A stretch of DNA of 64,000 bases from Azolla caroliniana. Taxonomy: Eukaryota > Plantae > Polypodiophyta. The notes beneath the pieces were generated by a model. The model saw only the letters and a program-made list of their open reading frames with translations, was not told the DNA's origin and did no database searches. Each line of letters starts with the position of its first letter. Position 1 is the stretch's first letter. Positions 1 through 9,991 of the stretch are shown here, piece after piece. The translations under genes were made by a program, and so were the position numbers. The stretch covers positions 13,206,001 through 13,270,000 of the forward strand of contig JBHGNT010000009.1 in the NCBI GenBank assembly GCA_043228905.1, read 5' to 3'.

Positions 1-473
1 ACGCAAAGCAGTACATCACCCTGCTTGTTGCTTGTTCCCAAGTCAGAAAGTCCTTAAGTGTTGCATCAGGTGTTGTATTATTAGCTCCGTCGACATAACT
101 CCAGTGGCCATGCCCGAGCAGGTACTGGTGCATCTTGTACGACCAAGATGCATAGTTGGTTCTGTCAAGCTTCTCTATCAGAAGCGAGCTAGCCATTTCT
201 CCGTCCATTCTTCCCTTCTTGTTCTTTACCCTGTGTTAGGGTTCGTTTATGGAAAAAGCTTGTCAGCAACAAAGGTTCTCAACCCTCGTGCTCTGATACC
301 GTGTGGAAGTTTAGAAAAACCGACTCAGCTGGACAACAACAGACAATATGCAGGTTTAATGGAAAGCTTCAAATGCATAAAGAGTATGCGGGAGAGACAA
401 AGAGAGCAGAACAATAAATTCTATTTCAAAATAAACTCAATACTCTGTACATACAACTGTGCTTTACAACACT

Positions 474-3400
474 TGTTGAGAGATCAAGCTCAACTTAGTT
501 TAGCTATTTAGTCAACCATGTAACTTTGTAGTTACCTAGATAGAATCTAGTTAGAAGTGTTGACTATAACGCCTTAAATAGGACCTTGTACTTAACTGAG
601 ATATTCTAGATCCTCCACTCCTAAGTACATTTAATATAGGACTTACACTTTTGTACCTATATTATACTCACACATGTGCACCCTTGCACATGAAATCTAT
701 ATATACCTCATTGTAGGTATTTTTGTATTCGATGATGTTTTATAATATAAACTCTAGTTTACTCATCCCCCATCTTGTGTTGTTCATAAGTGTATCTCTC
801 CTCTCTCTCTTCCTCTCACACACATACACACACACACATATCACATAATCTTCCGCACTTAACTTAATCACATAATTAGGTACTAATTAACTCTTAATTA
901 CTTACCTAATTCTTAACATGGTATTAGAGCTAGTGGTCGAAGAGAACCACGTCCGAACCAAAAGCAAGACATCGGAAGGACAAATGTTCTTCTCGAATTC
1001 AGACGATGGCCGAGGAGGAGGTCACGACGGTAGAAGAGGTCAATTCGACCCATCACACGAAGGGAACTAAAACCTTCACGGAAGCCATCGAGGAACCTTC
1101 GGAAGCCATCATGGTCAGCAAACGAGGCCCGCAACTTGCAATTATTGCGGCAAAGTCGGTCACTACGAGGTGGAGTGTCGGAAAAAGAGAAGTGAGTCGG
1201 CTTCAACAAGTCGACAACTCACAAACTACGCATCGAACTCCGACTACGACAATCGTAGCGGAATGTTCACGAATCATGCATCGAATTCCAACTATGACGA
1301 TCGTAGTGAAATTTTTACAAATTACGCCCCAAATTCCGACTACGATGACCGTGGCAAAATGTTCGTAATGAGGCATAGGCCGAACTCTATGACGGCCTCC
1401 AACTCCACAAGCACCTCCAACTCGGAAGACGTGTGTGGTTCATCGATTCCGGCGCCTCACATCACATGACATCTCACGAAGAGTGGTTTCGTGATTTACG
1501 AACACTAGATCGACCCAGCTTCATAGAGACGAGAGACGACACCACGCACCCCATTCGACACATCGGCAATGTCCCATTTGGGAAAGAAGGCGAGCAAACT
1601 TGCATCAAGAATGTCTTGCACGTGCCCACAATAACGAAGAATTTGGTCTCAGTCGGCCAAATCTTGGAGCAAAGCATGCAAGTCCACTTCAACAAAGAAG
1701 GAAGCTTAATCGAGAAAGATGGTCGACTCATAGCGAAGGGGCGGAGAGATGGCCGAATGTTCATCCTCAATTCGAATGAGGTGAAATCGGCAATGTACGC
1801 TAAAAGTCTCAAAACCGAGACAAGCATCAAGTTGTGGCACAAGAGAATCGGCCACATAAACCTCTAACGACTTCGAGCGATGCAAACCAAGGGAGTTGTC
1901 ATCGGACTTCCAACATTCGAGTCAAAACGAGTCGACCGAGTATGCGAAGCATGTCAACTTGGCAAACAACATCAACTCCCATTCCCAAAGGAGAGCTCCA
2001 CAAGCAAAGGCCTCCTCGACATCATACACTCGGATGTATGGGGACCGGCTCAAACGCCGACGATCGGCGGATGCTGATACTACGTAACCTTCATCGATGA
2101 CTTCTTACGCTACGCATGGATCTACCCGATGAAGAAGAAGAGCAAAGTGTTCTCTGACTTCCAAAAGCTCAAGGGGCAAGTCGAAAAAGAAACCAGTCAG
2201 CACATTTGATGCCTACGATCGGATGGAGGAAAGGAGTACTTCTCTAACGAATTCACCTCCTACCTCCAAAGTGAAGGCATTCATAGAGAATTCTCATGCC
2301 GACACACACCCCAACAAAATGGAGTTGCCGAAGGAAGAATCGGCAAATACTTCAGGTAGCACGCGCCATGATGCATGAGAAGCACATGCCGAATTTCTAT
2401 TGGGCCGAAACGGCATCCACGGCCATCTATCTCATGAATCGATGCACCATTAATGGAGTGCATGAGCTAACTCCATACGAGCTCCTCGTCGGAAGGAAGT
2501 CGATCCTGTCACACCTCAAGGTGTTTGGAAGCATTGTGAATGTACGCATCCTGAACGAACAACAACAAATGCCCGACACGAAATTAGAGTAATGTATCCT
2601 CATAGGATACTCATCCGAGAAGAAAGCATACAAGTGCTACAACCCTTCTACCCGAGCAGTTCAGGTAAGTCGAGACGTAGTCTTCGACGAGTCCGCATCC
2701 TGGTACGCACCAGAGACAACTATTACTCTGACTCTACTCGACCCGGAATCCGCCGAACAAGAGGTAGAAGATGGAGATCGCTTCGAACACACGTTCGAAG
2801 AAAGTCCAATTATGGCAAAGCCTAGTGGGCCACAAGAGCCCCCACGCGACCCAAGCACGTCGCGGCCAAGTACGAACTTGGACAAAGGCAAAGGTAAGAT
2901 GCCCGAATATGAAGTCGACCACCCCGACGACAGTGATTCGGATGTGTCTGCTCCCTCACTAGACAATGAGTTCAATGTACCCATCATGCGGACACCCAAA
3001 GCAAAGAAGGCGCCATCTAGAGCTAAGAACCCCGTCACTCGGCACGGCTACAACGAGTACATGACCCATCACTATGCCTTCGCAATGAAGGTAGCGACCG
3101 AACAAGAGCCCAAGAACTCCACCAAAGTGGCTCGTAACCCACGATGGGTGGAAGTAGTCGACCTTCGCCCACACACTACAAGCCTTCGTCACCGGCTTGA
3201 GGGGGAGGACCCGAGATTGCCACGGCAAAGAAAGCTGAAGGCCAGACGGAAGCCGCACAGAAGCCAACATCGGAAGCCGGACAACGCTGAAAGCCAAAGC
3301 GGATGTCGGACGCCTCACACTTGAGCTTGAGGGGGCGTGTTGAGAGATCAAGCTCAACTTAGTTTAGCTATTTAGTCAACCATGTAACTTCGTAGTTACC

Positions 3401-3778
3401 TAGATAGAATCTAGTTAGAAGTGTTGACTATAACGCCTTAAATAGGACCTTGTACTTAACTGAGATATTCTAGATCCTCCACTCCTAAGTACATTTAATA
3501 TAGGACTTACACTTTTGTACCTATATTATACTCACACATGTGCACCCTTGCACATGAAATCTATCTATACCTCATTGTAGGTATTTTTGTATTCGATGAT
3601 GTTTTATAATATAAACTCTAGTTTACTCATCCCCCATCTTGTGTTGTTCATAAATGTATCTCTCCTCTCTCTCTTCCTCTCACACACATACACACACATA
3701 TCACATAATCTTCCGCACTTAACTTAATCACATAATTAGGTACTAATTAACTCTTAATTACTTACCTAATTCTTAACA
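474..3778 (+). mobile_element. Internally deleted Ty1/copia element B inserted in the LTR of element A
   Basis: LTRs 474-918 and 3338-3778 (TG...CA, near identical); TSD ACACT at 469-473 and 3779-3783; PBS TGGTATTAGAGC at 919; PPT GAGGGGGCG before 3338. Retains the gag zinc knuckle (CNYCGKVGHYEVEC), protease (WFIDSGASHHM), GAG-pre-integrase and integrase with stops. Most of gag and all of RT/RNase H are missing. Confidence 0.95.
1220..1365 (+). repeat. Three degenerate 48-bp (16-codon) tandem repeats between the gag zinc knuckle and protease of element B
   Basis: Translation NYASNSDYDNRSGMFT / NHASNSNYDDRSEIFT / NYAPNSDYDDRGKMFV in ORF 1170-1469. Confidence 0.85.
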
Positions 3779-4058
3779 ACACTATTTATACAAGTCCTCA
3801 AATGATTGACTCTACTGACAAGTACTTTTAATGCTCATACAAAGCATCAGACACAGACTCCCAAAATATATGCCTACGTACTAGGCTAGGGTTGTAGGCC
3901 TCTAACGGCCTACCGGCTCTTGGTTCCAGATACCGATCCAGACTCTAGCTTATTCAGCCAATCCAGTTATCGATCCAGTTCTTCATTCAAGATACCGATC
4001 CGGCTCTAGCTTATTCAGCCAATCCGGATCCGGTTGAGCTTGTGCACTCAACAGTTTA

Positions 4059-7000
4059 TGTTGAGTGACAAGCTCAACATTGGGTGTGTAACACGGTGCG
4101 TAGACTGGGTGCATAAAATAGTACGCATAACATGGTCGTATCGGTGCGTAAACCGAAAGGCCATTAGTATGGTATTCCTCGTAAGGAATAAATTTGGGAG
4201 TTAGTGTAGTAGGCTCATTTATGAGCAATCAAGAACTGTCACTACTTGTGTCAGCCCAATAGTCAGGGCTTGTATAAAAGGTGCTCATTGAGCACGAAGT
4301 ATGTACAGAGTGTCATTATTTTGAAATACAACTGAGTTGCCTGCTCTCTCTCTCTCTCTATCTCTCCATCTCTGCGTTTTTTGTGTTTTACCAAACTGTC
4401 ACTCTCCGAACTGTGTACTCTGTGTTTCGCATACGCTTTCGCACACGTATTCTTTTACATGGTATCAGAGCGCGAGGGTTGAAGTCCTCTACAACCGACA
4501 GAAAAACTTGCGACAGAGACGTAGTTGAGTTTTCTTGGTTTTCTTGAAAGATAAAACAACAACATGGACAGAGGAATGGGAAGCTCGCTACTGACTGAGA
4601 AGCTTGACAGGAGCAACTACGCATCTTGGTCGTACAAGATGCACCAGTACCTTCTTGGTCATGGCTACTGGAGTTATGTCGAAGGAGATAATGATACAAC
4701 ACCCAAATCGACACACGGGGATTTTTCGTCTTGGGAATAGGCAGCAAGTAGAGTTCTCTATTGCTTTGCGTCCAGTGTGAGCAACTAGCTATTGAGCTAT
4801 ATTCGGGATGCCAAGACGCCAAAGGACGCATGGGCAAATCTCAAGAAGATTTTCGCCGCCAGCACCACAGCTAGGAAGCTTCAACTCAGGCATGAGTTGA
4901 GCAATGTTCGACAACGAGATATGTCGGTGGCTGATTACACCTCCAAGATCAAAGAAATTTGCGACTCTCTCTCGCCTCCGTCAACGTGAACGTCGAGGAA
5001 GATGAACGTCAACATGAACAAAATGGCCAAGTCTGCGAAGCCTGCCAAATGGGAAAACAACACCAACTTCCATTCCCCAACGACCGTAATCGTAGTCGAA
5101 ATCCGCTGGATTTGATCCATTCGGATGTGTGGGGTCCGGCACAGAATGTGAGTCTTGGTGGAAGCCGTTACTTTGTAACCTTCATCGACGCTTCACTCGG
5201 CACATGTGGGTATGCACGATCGCAAAGAAGAGCAAAGTCTTCGCATGTTTCCTGAAGGTGAAGAGCCTTGTGGAAAGGGAAACCGGGCGTACGATCAAAT
5301 GCCTACGGTCCGATGGCGGGAAGGAGTACTTCTCCGACCAGTTTACAATTTATCTACAGAAGGAGGGAATTCGACGCGAATTCTCGTGTAGATACACGCC
5401 GCAGCAAAACGGCGTGGCCGAGCGGAAGAATTGGACAATCGAAGATGCGGCCAGGGCAATGCTTGCAGAGAAGAATATACCGAAATTCTATTGGGCTGAA
5501 GCCGTGAGGACGATTGTCTACCTGCAGAATCAGACTTCTGCTAATGGAGGAGTGTCACCACATGAATTGTATTTTGAGAAGAAGCCGAACTTGGCACACT
5601 TGAGGATTTTTGGTAGCATTGCATATGTGCATGTGTCGAAGGAAAAGAGGAGGAAGTTGGACGCCAAAGCTGAAAAGTGCATCTTAGTCGGCTATCCAGA
5701 CGAGCAGAAGGGGTATAAGTGTTATCACCCCCAAACAAAGGAAGTACGCGTAAATCGAGATGTCGTGTTCGACGAGTCTACTTCGTGGTACTTCCCTTCC
5801 CCTCCAGTACCTCATGACTCCATTCCGAATTCTGAAGAAGAAGTCTGCGCGGCTGAGATGCCTCCGCATGATGAGGACATCGGAGCTCTGAGAGAGAGTC
5901 CGATCTCATTTCGGCTGAGTGGGCCGAATGAGGGGTTGGACCGAAATGGCCAACCAAATGAAGAGATGGCGAGTAGTGAAGACTCGGTCGTGATGTCCCC
6001 GCGTAAAGAACCGAGGAGACGGTTTACGCGCAAGGAGAAAGGGAAGAAAAAGATGTCGGAGTAAGATTTCGACAATGTCGAGTCAGATCGAAGCAAGTTT
6101 GACTACAGGCAAACTGAAACGGAACCTCCACGGAAGAGGTCGACATGTGCCAAAAAGGTCATGAAATCGGGTAATCACGAATTACGCCGATCTACCCTCC
6201 TGAAGAACCTCGTAAAGAGATACGGGTATAATGAGTACATGGCACACCATTACGCATACATGACACGAGTGGCGGAAGTGCATGAGCTAGAGAGCTACGC
6301 AGAAGCGGCGGAAGACGCAAACTGGTGTGCCACGATGGAGGAAGAGATGCGCACTTTGACTGATAATGAGACTTGGGATCTGGTTGACGCACCGAAGGGT
6401 GTAAAGCCGATCGGATGTAGGTGGGTGTATAAAGTGAAATACAATACCGACGGCTCAGTCAATCAATACAAGGCCCGTTTAGTTGCGAAAGGCTACGCCC
6501 AGAAGCACGGCATGGACTACGACAAGACCTTCGCGCCTATTGCGAATATGACTATCGTGCATGTTCTGCTAGCCGTAGTTGTGGCAAAGGGGTGGCACTT
6601 ACATCAAATGGATGTAAAGAACACGTTCCTGCAAGGGGATCTTGAGGAACAGGTGTACATGGTACAACCTCCCGGATTTCTATCCGAACAAAACACTTCG
6701 GCAGTTTGCCGACTAAAGAAGTCATTGTACGGACTTAAGCAAGCTCTGCAAGCTTGGAACGCAAAGATTACGCCATGGTTGCGTAGAATGGGGTTTACGA
6801 CATCCAAGTCCGACTCTTCATTATTCGTTTGACAAGGTTGACATGGACCGGTTAGTCTCTTACTCTATGTTGATGATTTAGTCATCGTTGGTGCCGACCT
6901 GGAAGAAATCCGCCGAGTAAAGTCTCAGCTTGCGGCATCATTCGAAATGAAGGATCTTGGAGACCTTCATTACGTCCTCGGGATCGAAGTGATCCACGCC

Positions 7001-8808
7001 CCCGAAGGCATATTGATCAGCCAGCGTCATTACGCGCTGAATATGCTCTTCAAGTTCAGGATGGCAAACTGTAAGCCCATCTTGACCCCTCTGGGTAGAA
7101 ACACAAAGCTTCGCCGAGATTCGGGAAAGGCATGTGACCCGACACGGTTTCGACAGATTGTCGGAAGCCTGATATATTTGACGATCACCAGGCCAGACCT
7201 CAGCTACCCGGTCGGACTGATCAATCAGTTTATGTCGCAGCCTACGGCCGAACACTTTCAGTGCGTGCAAAGGATATTGCGATATGTCAGCGGCACGAAA
7301 GACATGGCGTTGTTGTATCGGGTAGGCGTAGCCGAACAGATGGTTGGCTACACGGATGTCGATTGGGGCGGAAACGCCAGTGATCATAGATCCACATCCG
7401 GATACGCCTTCTCATTAGGAAGTGTGGCGATCGCGTGGAGCAATAAGAAGCAGCCGACAGTAGCACTGTCGAGCACAGAGGCCGAATATCGAGGGGCCAT
7501 TGTTGCTACGTGCAAAGTCATTTGGCTGAAACGACTGTTACGGGATTTGCATGTGGAGGTGTCTAATCCGACGACGATCTATTGCGACAACCTCAGTAGT
7601 ATCCACCTTGCAAAAAACCCTGTATTCCACGCCCGAACCAAGCACATTGAGGTGCATTACCATTTTGTCCGCGAGCGGGTCCTTTCAGGTGACATCGAAC
7701 TAGCGTATGTTCCGACGGATCGACAAGTGGCCGACATTTTCACCAAGCCTCTTGGTCTCGACAAGTTGCGGCATTTCTCGAGTGAGCTTGGGTTGCGTCA
7801 CCTCGACACACCAAACTTGAGGGGGAGATAGGAACAAGAGAGTGAAAGGAGCGGAGGTGATCATCGCAGCGGAAGTGACTGTGATGCGGAGTCGGATGAA
7901 GAATTCGATTTCGGGCCTGCTGAAGAAGTCGATGAAGAGAGCAAGGGCCATAATAGTAGGGAAGCACCGAGGACAGCCGAATCAGGGGGAGGTAAGGCCA
8001 AGACCAAGACGTGGTCTGACATTGTCAAAGGCCTAAAGACTGAAGATGAATTGGAGACAACCAATTCGGATGTAAGTGGAATTGAATCGGAGGAGACCGA
8101 TTCAATCGAAATGTTCGATTCGGACATTACGAATCGACTGAGGGCCAAGCGGAAGAAAGGGCAGCGAAAGAGGCGCCAACACCGCGACAACAAGGGAGCT
8201 GAGAAGGGCCACATGACTAGACAAGCCGACCGAAAGGGTCGAAGCGCGCAGAATCGAACGGATCGAGGAGCGCAAGCAAGGCGTGAAGCCATGAGAACTG
8301 AAGCGAAGATCCGGAGGAGCATGTGGAACTTCAAGTCGAGCTTGAGGGGGAGTGTTGAGTGACAAGCTAAACATTGGGTGCGTAACACGGTGCGTAACCC
8401 AGTGCATAGACTGGATGCGTAACATGGTGCGTAACCCAGTGCGTAGACTGGGTGCATAAAATAGTACGCATAAAATGGCCGTATCGGTGGGTAAATCGAA
8501 AGGCCGTTAGTATGGTAATCCTCGTAAGGAATAAATTTGGGAGTTAGTGTAGTAGGCTCATTTATGAGCAGTCAAGTATTGTCAGTACTTGTGTGAGCCC
8601 GATAGTCAGGGCTTGTATAAAAGGTGTTCACTGAGCACGAAGTATGTACAGAGTGTCATTATTTTGAAATAGAACTGAGTTGTCTACTCTCTCTCTCTCT
8701 CTCTCTCTCCATCTCCATCTCTGCGTTTTGTGCGTTTTACCAAATTGTAACTCTCTGAATTGTGTACTCTGTGTTTCACATATGCTTCCGCACATGTATT
8801 CTTTTACA
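4059..8808 (+). mobile_element. Near full-length, decayed Ty1/copia element C
   Basis: LTRs 4059-4459 and 8353-8808; TSD GTTTA at 4054-4058 and 8809-8813; PBS TGGTATCAGAGC at 4460; PPT GAGGGGGAG before 8353. Gag N-terminus, a deletion near 5000 removing the gag C-terminus and protease, then integrase (LRSDGGKEY, TPQQNGVAER), RT ([26 protein letters not shown]) and RNase H (YCDN, RTKHIEVHYHFVRE) with stops and frameshifts. Confidence 0.96.
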
Positions 8809-9552
8809 GTTTAGGTGCACCGAAATCGAACAACGAAGACGGCGCATGATCCATAAGTCAGAAGCAACAAATTGGTGCGAAAAGAGGAGCGATGGTCGAC
8901 ATCTCGGAAAAACTTATTGGCAGCTCCCCAAACACTTTCAAATCTCACTTCCAGAAAACTTCAAGAGAGGCAATGTTTGCATTGTGATGGTTGGACCTTG
9001 ACTTCAAGGGACGTAAATGTTGATTGTCATTATCCGCACACAAGCCATAATCTCTTATTATGTATGGATTCAATTTCATCTTTTGGTTTTTGGACATTTT
9101 AGGTCTCCAAAATCAACACTGCGTAGCTTGTGATCCTTAGAAACATTTTTGGGCAGGAAATTTGTGTAATTTGAAGTTTTAACATTTGTGTGATTTGAAG
9201 TTTTAAGTTTTAAATTTTGTGAAATTGAAAGTTTTTGGTTTTTTAGCAGAATTTTGGTGTTTGGAATGATCTCTTACTTGTTTTACATTAGGGAAAAGAT
9301 TTGCGTGTGTGTTTTAAATTTAATGTTCTTTGAAGTTTTTGAATGCCTGAATTTGAGTCGGGCGTCGGGTTGTGGATTTGAGTTGGGTACCTATGGATAT
9401 AGGTTGTTAGCTTTTTTGATGGCGTGCATTTTTTGGATAAAGATAGGACGGTGCAGGTTGCACATGCCCTTAGCTAAGCGTCATGCACTGTCCATGGCCG
9501 TCGGGCCTCTTTATGATTTGGTAGGAGATAGGCATTAGCATAAAGTAGGTAG

Positions 9553-9830
9553 GTAGGTTCCTCTCTTCTCTTCTTCCTCTTCTTCTTCTTATATGTATGG
9601 ATGTATGTACATACGTATATACATATGTATGTATGAAGTAGGGTTCCTCTCTTCTCTTCTTCTTATATGGATGGATGTGTGTATATGTATATGTATGAAG
9701 TAGGGTTCCTCTCTTCTCTTCTTCTTATACGTATGGATGAATGTATACATACATATGTACATCATCATGATACATGTATGAAGTAGGGTTCCTCTCTTCT
9801 CTTTTTCTTCCTCTTCTTCTTTTTTGCCTT
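9553..9830. repeat. Four degenerate tandem units (about 60-85 bp) upstream of the SART-1 gene
   Basis: GTAGG(G)TTCCTCTCTTCTCTT begins at about 9553, 9638, 9700 and 9783; the first three units are followed by a TATG/ATAC-rich tract. Confidence 0.8.
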
Positions 9831-9991
9831 CTTAAATTAAACGCCACTACTTAACTTACACACACACACACACACACAGTCTGCGTCTGCGTCTGCGTCT
9901 GCTCCTCCCTCCACAACCCTCAAATATTCTTTCTCTTTGCCTCTGCCTGTGTCTGTGTCTGTGTCTGTGTCTGCACAAACACCACCACAGA

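Larger units (their letters stand above)
1..4053 (-). mobile_element. Ty1/copia element A, 5' end: 5' LTR (about 302-4053, split by element B), PBS and start of gag; continues out of the window to the left
   Basis: Minus strand reads LTR TGTTGAGTGCACAAGCTCAAC... from 4053, then a tRNA-iMet-type PBS (cGGTATCAGAGC, about 290-301), then a gag start (ATG at 196) matching the gag starts at about 4576 and 38756. The LTR resembles those at 49279 and 54501. Confidence 0.85.
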
